A stretch of DNA of 64,000 nucleotides, from positions 2,542,001 through 2,606,000 of the forward strand of contig OZ251230.1 of the NCBI GenBank assembly GCA_965240325.2. Direction: 5' to 3'. Within the stretch, counting starts at the first letter, position 1. Each line of letters opens with the position of its first letter. The position numbers and the translations under genes are program-made. Below, in pieces: positions 32,526 to 44,037 of the stretch. Source of the DNA: Rebecca billardiae RCC1528. Lineage: Eukaryota > Protista > Haptophyta. The notes below the pieces were generated by a model. The model was given only the letters and a program-made list of their open reading frames with translations, did no database searches and was not told the DNA's origin.

Positions 32526-34762
32526 CGGGCGCGGCGGCAGCGGCGGCGCAGCCGGGCGCGTGCGCGCCGCGCGCCGACGCCGCCGCGCCGACGCCGTCGC
32601 CCGCTGCGCCGCCGCCGCTCCCGCCCGAGTGGTGCGCCGCCGAGGCCGCGCTGCCTGACGGCTCCAAGGCACTCTACTACTGGAATAGAGCCACGCGCGA
32701 GTCCGTTTGGGAGAGGCCGCGCGCGCCGCCGGCGCCGCAGCGCGGCAGCCCCCTCGCCCCTCTGAACAGCGAGCCACATGCGGAGCTCGCACGGCCGCAG
32801 CCGCAGCAGATGCAGCCGCAGCCGCAGACGCAGACGCAGACGCACGGGGCGGCCGAGCACGGCGGCGGCGGCGGCGCCGACGCGGCTGCGGCGCCGCCCG
32901 CCGCCCCAGACTCCAAGGCCGCGCGCAAGGCCAAGGCGCGCGCCGCGAAGGAGGAGCGAGATCGCGCGCGCGCGGCCGCGGACGAGCTCGCGGCGCGGCG
33001 CGGCGCGGCGCTCGCGGCCGCGCGCGCGCAGGCCGCCCAGGAGGAGGCGGAGCGCGAGCAGGCGCGCGCGGCGCACGAGGCCGCGCGCGCCGCGCACTCG
33101 GACGAGACGCACGTTCAACTGATTGCCCAGCAGCGCGAGCTGCTCGCGCAAGCCGCGGCGAGCAAGGCCGCGGCGAGCGCCGCCGCCGCGTGGCCGCCTG
33201 CTGGGCCGGTCTCAGCCGCGCCGGGCGGCGGCGGCGCGCCCGAGCCGCGCGCGGTGCCGCCGCAGCACGAGCTCGCGCCCGTCGAGTGGCTCGCCGCGCA
33301 GCTCGGCCGCCCGCTCGGCGTGTGCCTTGACGCGTACGCGCGCGCGGGCGGTGACGTGGCGCGCGCGCGCTCGCTGCTTGAGGGCCAGGCGCAGCTGTTC
33401 GGCGGCCCGCCGCCGGCAGCCTTGCCGCGCGCCCTGCCCTTCTCATCGGGCGGCGAGGGCGGCGCGCGCGCGCACCGCGCGCCCGCGGGCGCGCCCGCGC
33501 TCGCAGCGCTCGACGAGCGCGGTGCCGACAGCATGCCAATGCCCGCCGCGCGCTCGGTGCCGGCGCCGGCCGCGCCGGCCGCGCGCGTGCACCCGAGCGC
33601 GGCGCAGCTCGAGCTGCCCATGGCCGCGGTGGAGCACGCTCTGAGCGCGGCGGGCGACGCGGTGCTCGGCAGCGGCGGCTGGGCGACGGTGTACGCGGGC
33701 GCGCTCGGCGGCCGCCCCGTCGCGCTCAAGCTCTTCCACCGCGCCGAGACGGCGGAGGCCGCGCGCGCGTTCCACTCCGAGCTGGCGGCGCTCGCGCAGT
33801 GCGCGGGGCACGCGCACGTGCTCGGCCTCCTCGGCTGGGCGCGCGCCGCGCCGCCGTCCTCCGCGCCCGGCCGCGCGGAGGGCTGGTCCTCTCTCGCGCT
33901 CGTGCTCGAGCGCGCGCAGAGCGGCGGCTCGCTGTCCGAGCTGCTGCACGAGGCGGAGCCCGGGGCGGAGCTCTCGCTAGCGGAGCGCGTGGGCCTCGCG
34001 GCCGGCGCCGCGGCGGGCCTCGCGCACATGCACGCGCGCGCGCTCGTGCACGCCGACGTCAAGTCGGCCAACGTGCTGCGCGGCGCGGACGGGCGCGCCA
34101 AGCTGTGCGACCCGGCGCCTGAGAGCGGGGGCACGCGCGGCTATATCGCCCCCGAGCTCGAGCCGGCGCCGGGCTCGGCGCCGCTGGGTGCCGCGCGCGC
34201 GCAGCAGCAGCCCACGCCCAGCTCGGACGTGTTCGCCCTCGGCGTCGTGCTGCGCGAGCTGCTGGAGGACCGGCTGCCCTTCGACGGCGGCCGGCCGGAG
34301 CCGCTGCTGTGGCGCGCGCCGTACGGCGCGGCCGCGCCCGCGTGGACCGAGGCCGCGCACGAGGCCGTGCTGCAGCTCACCGACCGCTGCCTGTACGTGC
34401 AGCACCCGCATGAGCGCGCGGCCGCGAGCGAGCTGCGCGACGCGCTCGAGGGGCTCGCGCGCGCGATCGCGCCGCCGGGCGAGCCCGCGCCGGGCGGGGG
34501 CGCGCGCGCCGCGCCGGAGCACGAGCGCGCGTGCGCCGTGTGCCTCCGCCCGCTCGACGAGGTCGCGATGGCCAAGTTCGAGCCGTGCTCGCACACGTCC
34601 ACGTGCTACGGCTGCGCGCTGCTCATCCGGCAGAACGCCGAGCGCAGGGGGCGGCCCGAGGACAACGCGTGCCCGATCTGCCGCCGGATCATCGGCAAGG
34701 TGAAGAAGGGCCGGCCGGGGCAGTGGCAGAACACGTTCGCGCGGCCGCGGCGGCATGGATAG
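28213..34762 (+). CDS. ~2130-aa multidomain protein: coiled coils, degenerate J-domain, WW, UBA-like, protein kinase, C-terminal RING finger
   Basis: AKLHPDR...AFAAL.RA.RVL (J-like); LPPEW...YYWNRATRESVWERP (WW); CLDAYARAGGDVARARSLL (UBA-like); LGSGGWATVY, VALK, HADVKSANVL, GTRGYIAPE, SDVFALGV (kinase); CAVC...FEPCSH..TCYGCA...CPICR (RING). Intron 30660-30804 joins the two long ORFs in frame. Confidence 0.8.
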
Positions 34763-37700
34763 GCAGAGCCGCGTGCCGTGCGGCGACCGCGCGTGCTGAT
34801 GCTGAATCAGTCGTCGTCATCATCCAGACCATGGCGTTCTGGGGGGACCCAAGCGGTGTAAGAGTCAGGTGACGAGGAGAATCTGCGCGGCCCAGGAGGC
34901 AGGTCGAAGAGAGCGGCAATGTCAGGGCACATGTTGGCCCGCGCGAACAGGACCTTGTGAGTTGTGCTCTCCGCCCTCGATGATGCCCTCGCAGTCCGCG
35001 TCGTAGTCCCCCGCTTCGCTGTCGGAGTCGCTGATGCCACTGATAACGCCAGGATATGTCGTCACGCAGCATGCGCATGCGCGCCTGCGCCGCAACGGCG
35101 GCCTGAGTCGGAGCGCGCGCCGCGTGCGCCGCCACGCGCCGCCGCCACGCGCCGCCGCCGCGCCGCCGCCGCCCGGCGCCGCGCGCGCGCCCGCCGCACC
35201 CCCCGCCGCCCGCGCGCGCGCACGCGCGGCGCGGCTGCGCGCGCGGGCGCTAGGCGGTGGCGTGCGCCGGCGGCGGGGCGGCGACGGGCGGCGCTCGCGC
35301 CCTGCGATGCACCCACGCCGCCGCCCGAGGCGGTCCGGCCGCCGCGTGCGCTCGCGCGCGCGCTACGCCCACCACTCGCGTGGGTGTCGCCGCCCGCTCG
35401 GTTCCGAAAGTCCGGGAGGTCGACGACGAGTCGACGACGGACGTTCTAAGAACTTGTAAGAACTGTTCTCGGTCGCCTGGAAGGTTCCCCGATAAGTGAG
35501 CCGTGGCTGGCGTTAGCCAGATCATACGGGCCTCGTCCGACATGCTCATATGGCATTCAGGCTTTTCCCTCTGAATCCCAGCCCTACAGAAAGGTGGCTG
35601 TAGTACTACTGTCAACTTCTTCTGACCGCCTATGAAATCAGTGGCGAACAGCCTGAATCAGTGGGCACTTTGGGCAGCGATGCCCGTTCAGTTTGTTCTC
35701 ATGGCGTATCAGACGAATGTTCTGCGAGCTGGGAATACGACTGCGTTCATAGTAGTGTGATAGTGACGACACCTGCGCCGCTGCGCGGCGCGCGCCACCG
35801 CACGATGGCCGCTGCTGAACCGGATAGAACGAAGTCCGGACGATTGCTCGTCGGGCGGCGTGCGCGCGGGCACCGTGCACATGGCGCACGCGCGCGCGAG
35901 AGGTGATGGGGCGGGCGGCGGCGCGGCCGCGCAGTGCGCGGGGCACGCGCACGTGCTCGGCCTCCTCGGCTGGGCGCGCGCCGCGCCGCCGTCCTCCGCG
36001 CCCGGCCGCGCGGAGGGCTGGTCCTCTCTCGCGCTCGTGCTCGAGCGCGCGCAGAGCAGCCGCGTGCCGTGCGGCGACCGCGCGTGCTGCCCGCAATCTG
36101 CGCGGCCCAGGAGGCAGGTCGAAGAGAGCGGCAATGTCAGGGCACATGTTGGCCCGCGCGAACAGGACCTTGTGCTCTCCGCCCTCGATGATGCCCTCGC
36201 AGTCCGCGTCGTAGTCCCCCGCTTCGCTGTCGGAGTCGCTGATGCCACTGATAACGCCAGGATATGTCGTCACGCAGCATGCGCATGCGCGCCTGCGCCG
36301 CAACGGCGGCCTGAGTCGGAGCGCGCGCCGCGTGCGCCGCCACGCGCCGCCGCCACGCGCCGCCGCCGCGCCGCCGCCGCCCGGCGCCGCGCGCGCGCCC
36401 GCCGCACCCCCCGCCGCCCGCGCGCGCGCACGCGCGGCGCGGCTGCGCGCGCGGGCGCTAGGCGGTGGCGTGCGCCGGCGGCGGGGCGGCGACGGGCGGC
36501 GCTCGCGCCCTGCGATGCACCCACGCCGCCGCCCGAGGCGGTCCGGCCGCCGCGTGCGCTCGCGCGCGCGCTACGCCCACCACTCGCGTGGGTGTCGCCG
36601 CCCGCTCGGTTCCGAAAGTCCGGGAGGTCGACGACGAGTCGACGACGGACGTTCTAAGAACTTGTAAGAACTGTTCTCGGTCGCCTGGAAGGTTCCCCGA
36701 TAAGTGAGCCGTGGCTGGCGTTAGCCAGATCATACGGGCCTCGTCCGACATGCTCATATATGGCATTCAGGCTTTTCCCTCTGAATCCCAGCCCTACAGA
36801 AAGGTGGCTGTAGTACTACTGTCAACTTCTTCTGACCGCCTATGAAATCAGTGGCGAACAGCCTGAATCAGTGGGCACTTTGGGCAGCGATGCCCGTTCA
36901 GTTTGTTCTCATGGCGTATCAGACGAATGTTCTGCGAGCTGGGAATACGACTGCGTTCATAGTGTGATAGTGACGACACCTGCGCCGCTGCGCGGCGCGC
37001 GCCACCGCACGATGGCCGCTGCTGAACCGGATAGAACGAAGTCCGGACGATTGCTCGTCGGGCGGCGTGCGCGCGGGCACCGTGCACATGGCGCACGCGC
37101 GCGCGAGAGGTGATGGGGCGGGCGGCGGCGCGGCCGCGCAGTGCGCGGGGCACGCGCACGTGCTCGGCCTCCTCGGCTGGGCGCGCGCCGCGCCGCCGTC
37201 CTCCGCGCCCGGCCGCGCGGAGGGCTGGTCCTCTCTCGCGCTCGTGCTCGAGCGCGCGCAGAGCAGCCGCGTGCCGTGCGGCGACCGCGCGTGCTGCCCG
37301 CAATCTGCGCGGCCCAGGAGGCAGGTCGAAGAGAGCGGCAATGTCAGGGCACATGTTGGCCCGCGCGAACAGGACCTTGTGCTCTCCGCCCTCGATGATG
37401 CCCTCGCAGTCCGCGTCGTAGTCCCCCGCTTCGCTGTCGGAGTCGCTGATGCCACTGATAACGCCAGGATATGTCGTCACGCAGCATGCGCATGCGCGCC
37501 TGCGCCGCAACGGCGGCCTGAGTCGGAGCGCGCGCCGCGTGCGCCGCCACGCGCCGCCGCCACGCGCCGCCGCCGCGCCGCCGCCGCCCGGCGCCGCGCG
37601 CGCGCCCGCCGCACCCCCCGCCGCCCGCGCGCGCGCACGCGCGGCGCGGCTGCGCGCGCGGGCGCTAGGCGGTGGCGTGCGCCGGCGGCGGGGCGGCGAC

Positions 37701-38724
37701 GGGCGGCGCTCGCGCCCTGCGATGCACCCACGCCGCCGCCCGAGGCGGTCCGGCCGCCGCGTGCGCTCGCGCGCGCGCTACGCCCACCACTCGCGTGGGT
37801 GTCGCCGCCCGCTCGGTTCCGAAAGTCCGGGAGGTCGACGACGAGTCGACGACGGACGTTCTAAGAACTTGTAAGAACTGTTCTCGGTCGCCTGGAAGGT
37901 TCCCCGATAAGTGAGCCGTGGCTGGCGTTAGCCAGATCATACGGGCCTCGTCCGACATGCTCATATGGCATTCAGGCTTTTCCCTCTGAATCCCAGCCCT
38001 ACAGAAAGGTGGCTGTAGTACTACTGTCAACTTCTTCTGACCGCCTATGAAATCAGTGGCGAACAGCCTGAATCAGTGGGCACTTTGGGCAGCGATGCCC
38101 GTTCAGTTTGTTCTCATGGCGTATCAGACGAATGTTCTGCGAGCTGGGAATACGACTGCGTTCATAGTGTGATAGTGACGAGACCTGCGCCGCTGCGCGG
38201 CGCGCGCCACCGCACGATGGCCGCTGCTGAACCGGATAGAACGAAGTCCGGACGATTGCTCGTCGGGCGGCGTGCGCGCGGGCACCGTGCACATGGCGCA
38301 CGCGCGCGCGAGAGGTGATGGGGCGGGCGGCGGCGCGGCGCGGGGGGGGTGAGCCGCCACCGAGCGCGGCGCGCCGCCGCCACGCCCGCCGCCGTCCTGA
38401 CGCCGCCGGCGCGCGCCGCGCTCTGGCGCGTGCGCGCGCCGGCGCCGGCGCCGATGCTGACGGTCGCGCGGCGCGCGCGGCGAGGACGGCAGCGCGCTCG
38501 GCGCCGCGAACCGCTCGTCGGACGCGCCACCGCCGTCGTCGCCGCCACCGCTCGAGCTTCACGGGCCGCCCCGCCGCCGGCGCGCGCCGCCCGCCGCCGG
38601 GCGCCGCGCGCGCGCAGCCGCGCCGCGCGTGCGCGCGCGCGCGCCGCCGCGCGGCGCCGAGACGCGCGCGCGTGCGCGTTCGTGGTGCAGGTGTGCTCCC
38701 AAGGAGCGCGCTCCCCGACGTGGG

Positions 38725-39270
38725 CAGGCGCAGCTGTTCGGCGGCCCGCCACCGGCAGCCTTGCCGCGCGCCCTGCCCTTCTCATCGGGCGGCGAGGGCG
38801 GCGCGCGCGCGCACCGCGCGCACGCGGGCGCGCCCGCGCTCGCAGCGCTCGACGAGCGCGGTGCCGACAGCATGCCGATGCCCGCCGCGCGCTCGGCGCC
38901 GGCGCCGGCCGCGCCGGCCGCGCGCGTGCACCCGAGCGCGGCGCAGCTCGAGCTGCCCATGGCCGCGGTGGAGCACGCTCTGAGCGCGGCGGGCGACGCG
39001 GTGCTCGGCAGCGGCGGCTGGGCGACGGTGTACGCGGGCGCGCTCGGCGGCCGCCCCGTCGCGCTCAAGCTCTTCCACCGCGCCGAGACGGCGGAGGCCG
39101 CGCGCGCGTTCCACTCCGAGCTGGCGGCGCTCGCGCAGTGCGCGGGGCACGCGCACGTGCTCGGCCTCCTCGGCTGGGCGCGCGCCGCGCCGCCGTCCTC
39201 CGCGCCCGGCCGCGCGGAGGGCTGGTCCTCTCTCGCGCTCGTGCTCGAGCGCGCGCAGAGCGGCGGCTGA
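38725..39270 (+). pseudogene. Truncated copy of the kinase N-lobe
   Basis: Near-identical to 33386-33928; ends in TGA at the junction with the next cassette. Confidence 0.85.
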
Positions 39271-40695
39271 CGAGGAGAATCGGCCCAGGAGGCAGGTCGA
39301 AGAGAGCGGCAATGTCAGGGCACATGTTGGCCCGCGCGAACAGGACCTTGTGCTCTCCGCCCTCGATGATGCCCTCGCAGTCCGCGTCGTAGTCCCCCGC
39401 TTCGCTGTCGGAGTCGCTGATGCCACTGATAACGCCAGGATATGTCGTCACGCAGCATGCGCATGCGCGCCTGCGCCGCAACGGCGGCCTGAGTCGGAGC
39501 GCGCGCCGCGTGCGCCGCCACGCGCCGCCGCCACGCGCCGCCGCCGCGCCGCCGCCGCCCGGCGCCGCGCGCGCGCCCGCCGCACCCCCCGCCGCCCGCG
39601 CGCGCGCACGCGCGGCGCGGCTGCGCGCGCGGGCGCTAGGCGGTGGCGTGCGCCGGCGGCGGGGCGGCGACGGGCGGCGCTCGCGCCCTGCGATGCACCC
39701 ACGCCGCCGCCCGAGGCGGTCCGGCCGCCGCGTGCGCTCGCGCGCGCGCTACGCCCACCACTCGCGTGGGTGTCGCCGCCCGCTCGGTTCCGAAAGTCCG
39801 GGAGGTCGACGACGAGTCGACGACGGACGTTCTAAGAACTTGTAAGAACTGTTCTCGGTCGCCTGGAAGGTTCCCCGATAAGTGAGCCGTGGCTGGCGTT
39901 AGCCAGATCATACGGGCCTCGTCCGACATGCTCATATGGCATTCAGGCTTTTCCCTCTGAATCCCAGCCCTACAGAAAGGTGGCTGTAGTACTACTGTCA
40001 ACTTCTTCTGACCGCCTATGAAATCAGTGGCGAACAGCCTGAATCAGTGGGCACTTTGGGCAGCGATGCCCGTTCAGTTTGTTCTCATGGCGTATCAGAC
40101 GAATGTTCTGCGAGCTGGGAATACGACTGCGTTCATAGTGTGATAGTGACGAGACCTGCGCCGCTGCGCGGCGCGCGCCACCGCACGATGGCCGCTGCTG
40201 AACCGGATAGAACGAAGTCCGGACGATTGCTCGTCGGGCGGCGTGCGCGCGGGCACCGTGCACATGGCGCACGCGCGCGCGAGAGGTGATGGGGCGGGCG
40301 GCGGCGCGGCGCGGGGGGGGTGAGCCGCCACCGAGCGCGGCGCGCCGCCGCCACGCCCGCCGCCGTCCTGACGCCGCCGGCGCGCGCCGCGCTCTGGCGC
40401 GTGCGCGCGCCGGCGCCGGCGCCGATGCTGACGGTCGCGCGGCGCGCGCGGCGAGGACGGCAGCGCGCTCGGCGCCGCGAACCGCTCGTCGGACGCGCCA
40501 CCGCCGTCGTCGCCGCCACCGCTCGAGCTTCACGGGCCGCCCCGCCGCCGGCGCGCGCCGCCCGCCGCCGGGCGCCGCGCGCGCGCAGCCGCGCCGCGCG
40601 TGCGCGCGCGCGCGCCGCCGCGCGGCGCCGAGACGCGCGCGCGTGCGCGTTCGTGGTGCAGGTGTGCTCCCAAGGAGCGCGCTCCCCGACGTGGG

Positions 40696-42072
40696 CAGGC
40701 GCAGCTGTTCGGCGGCCCGCCACCGGCAGCCTTGCCGCGCGCCCTGCCCTTCTCATCGGGCGGCGAGGGCGGCGCGCGCGCGCACCGCGCGCACGCGGGC
40801 GCGCCCGCGCTCGCAGCGCTCGACGAGCGCGGTGCCGACAGCATGCCGATGCCCGCCGCGCGCTCGGCGCCGGCGCCGGCCGCGCCGGCCGCGCGCGTGC
40901 ACCCGAGCGCGGCGCAGCTCGAGCTGCCCATGGCCGCGGTGGAGCACGCTCTGAGCGCGGCGGGCGACGCGGTGCTCGGCAGCGGCGGCTGGGCGACGGT
41001 GTACGCGGGCGCGCTCGGCGGCCGCCCCGTCGCGCTCAAGCTCTTCCACCGCGCCGAGACGGCGGAGGCCGCGCGCGCGTTCCACTCCGAGCTGGCGGCG
41101 CTCGCGCAGTGCGCGGGGCACGCGCACGTGCTCGGCCTCCTCGGCTGGGCGCGCGCCGCGCCGCCATCCTCCGCGCCCGGCCGCGCGGAGGGTTGGTCCT
41201 CGCTGGCGCTCGTGCTCGAGCGCGCGCAGAGCGGCGGCTCGCTGTCCGAGCTGCTGCACGAGGCGGAGCCCGGGGCGGAGCTCTCGCTAGCGGAGCGCGT
41301 GGGCCTCGCGGCCGGCGCCGCGGCGGGCCTCGCGCACATGCACGCGCGCGCGCTCGTGCACGCCGACGTCAAGTCGGCCAACGTGCTGCGCGGCGCGGAC
41401 GGGCGCGCCAAGCTGTGCGACCCGGCGCCTGAGAGCGGGGGCACGCGCGGCTACATCGCCCCCGAGCTCGAGCCGGCGCCGGGCTCGGCGCCGCTGGCTG
41501 CCGCGCGCGCGCAGCAGCAGCCCACGCCCAGCTCGGACGTGTTCGCCCTCGGCGTCGTGCTGCGCGAGCTGCTGGAGGACCGGCTGCCCTTCGACGGCGG
41601 CCGGCCGGAGCCGCTGCTGTGGCGCGCGCCGTACGGCGCGGCCGCGCCCGCGTGGACCGAGGCCGCGCACGAGGCCGTGCTGCAGCTCACCGACCGCTGC
41701 CTGTACGTGCAGCACCCGCATGAGCGCGCGGCCGCGAGCGAGCTGCGCGACGCGCTCGAGGGGCTCGCGCGCGCGATCGCGCCGCCGGGCGAGCCCGCGC
41801 CGGGCGGGGGCGCGCGCGCCGCGCCGGAGCACGAGCGCGCGTGCGCCGTGTGCCTCCGCCCGCTCGACGAGGTCGCGATGGCCAAGTTCGAGCCGTGCTC
41901 GCACACGTCCACGTGCTACGGCTGCGCGCTGCTCATCCGGCAGAACGCCGAGCGCAGGGGGCGGCCCGAGGACAACGCGTGCCCGATCTGCCGCCGGATC
42001 ATCGGCAAGGTGAAGAAGGGCCGGCCGGGGCAGTGGCAGAACACGTTCGCGCGGCCGCGGCGGCATGGATAG
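40696..42072 (+). pseudogene. 5'-truncated duplicate of the kinase-RING region (open frame; possibly expressed from ATG 40843)
   Basis: Near-identical to 33386-34762 with a few SNPs, no stop codons. Confidence 0.75.
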
Positions 42073-42485
42073 GCAGAGCCGCGTGCCGTGCGGCGACCGC
42101 GCGTGCTGCCCGCACCTGCGCGCGCGCGCACCACCATTCGTCGTCAGCACAGTGCATGCGGTGCATGTGACGCGCGCCAATCTCAGGCTGGTGAGCAGCT
42201 GCCAGGCCCCACCGCAGGGCCTCAGGCACCTGCGCCCGCCTGGCGCGCGATGATGCGATCAACTCGCCAACTCGGGGCATGAGCTGCGGCCGAGATGATA
42301 TGCCACTGATAACGCCAGGATATTTCGTCACGCAGCATGCGCATGCATACTGCTCTTTCCCGGCCGACTGGCGACTACGCGACTCGTCAGTCTAGCGGCG
42401 GCCGCTGCGCTACAAGCGGCGCGGGCCGGGGCCGCGGGCGCGGCCGGAAGTGCCGTGCCGTCCGGTCATGAAATAAGATGCTGAA

Positions 42486-42983
42486 TCAGTCGTCGTCATC
42501 ATCCAGACCATGGCGTTCTGGGGGGACCCAAGCGGTGTAAGAGTCAGGTGACGAGGAGAATCTGCGCGGCCCAGGAGGCAGGTCGAAGAGAGCGGCAATG
42601 TCAGGGCACATGTTGGCCCGCGCGAACAGGACCTTGTGCTCTCCGCCCTCGATGATGCCCTCGCAGTCCGCGTCGTAGTCGCCCGCTTCGCTGTCGGAGT
42701 CTTCGTCGTACTCATCTTCACCTGCCAAGCGTCTCGCTAGATTCCGGTCCGTTCTATCCGTCACGGGTGTACCGCTGGTCTCCTCTGGGCTACCGATCCC
42801 ATGTCGGCGCGGCGGCACCCACGCTGTGCGCAGCTCCGCGGCAGCCGCGGATTCGTCGGACGCGCCGAACAGCTCGAGGAGGTCATGCCCAACGCCGGCG
42901 CCACTCTTGCGCATCAGATCGAGCACGTCGCAGTCGTCGCTGTCGAGGTCGCTGTCGTCCTCGTGCGTGAGTCGGGCGGTCAT
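42486..42983 (-). CDS. Small acidic protein of unknown function with two internal repeats
   Basis: Acidic tracts; LLELFG...TAWVPPRRHG and IAALFD...TAWVPPERHG. Confidence 0.55.
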   Translation of the reverse strand: MTARLTHEDDSDLDSDDCDVLDLMRKSGAGVGHDLLELFGASDESAAAAELRTAWVPPRRHGIGSPEETSGTPVTDRTDRNLARRLAGEDEYDEDSDSEAGDYDADCEGIIEGGEHKVLFARANMCPDIAALFDLPPGPRRFSSSPDSYTAWVPPERHGLDDDDD

Positions 42984-44037
42984 TGCTCGCGCCACGGGCT
43001 TGTCGCGGCCGGGCTTGCCCCGTCGTGTCGCACCTCGGGTGATGCACCCCTGCGCGTTTTGACGGCCCGCGTTTTCCCCCGGCGGGGCAAATAATGAATG
43101 ATCAATATAGGGAATGGGGAATCGCCGCCCATTTTGTAGCCAATACTGATGATGAAGTAAGCGTGGCGGGTAATCAGCAATTTATCATATTGAGTCATTA
43201 TACCGATTTCGTCTGGAAGGACGAAGACTTACCCTCGGTCGGCGGCCTCCGCGCGGAGATGGTATATCTGAGGTGTTTGGGTAAATTCCGGGCATCTCCA
43301 ACGATTTACAGACAAGGGATACCACAACCCACCCCCTTGATACCACGGCCAAGGGAGAGGGTGCCCGCGCCCCAGTGGCGCGCTCGTCGGATGTGAGCAC
43401 ACATCTTTTTGCCCGGCGCCCTGCGGCGGCGGCGGCAAGGGCGTGCTCCGCTGGCTGGGCAAGCGCACTGGGCACGGCGCTGCGGGCGCGGATGTGCCCG
43501 TGAAGCCGGCGCGTGCGCGGACGGACCGTGTTCGGTGTTGCCAGTCCGAGAGCCGTCCGGCGGCCCTCCTGCGCCGCGCCGACTCAGTGTGTGCCGCCAC
43601 GCCTCTTATTTCGCCTCGACTTCGGGGCAGCGCGCACGCGCGCGCCGCCTCAAAGCCAGCCTTAATGCCGCGCCGCAGCCGACCGCGCGCGCGCCGAGCG
43701 TGACGTGGTCGGGAAGGATGCGGGCGGATGATCGACGTCAGACTAACTTCCACGGACCCGAGCAGACCGCGCTGCCGGTGCCCGACGCCAGGCCACCGGA
43801 TCTCGGTTTGCGTAACAGTCATATGATGCCATATCGGAATCCGGAGATAGCCGTACCGATCGACAGAGTCAGAGTCACCACAGCAACGACTTCTTTTTTA
43901 AAGCGGCCGTTAGCGTGTCCAGCGGCCAGATTAATTTTCGAAAAATTACTATGCGCTGCGCGCGCGCCCCTAGGGGGCGGCGCGCGCGCGCGGCTGGTCC
44001 CCCCTGCATGCCCGCACCGTCAGCTGCCTGATTGCCG

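Larger units (their letters stand above)
34797..42120. repeat. Mosaic tandem amplification: four copies of a ~1.05-kb cassette interleaved with kinase-gene fragments
   Basis: Landmark gttccgaaagtccggg at 35401, 36609, 37816 and 39787. Kinase fragments at ~35930-36057, ~37137-37264, 38725-39267 and 40696-42072. Confidence 0.95.

Noticed and set aside
35400-35420. gaaagtccggg resembling the RNase P/MRP P4 motif
   Set aside because: No matching 3' P4 strand or other conserved regions were identifiable.
34797-40695. Cassette array as a multi-guide RNA array for the Fanzor
   Set aside because: The sequence following the putative terminus is essentially the same in all four copies, so there are no variable spacers.
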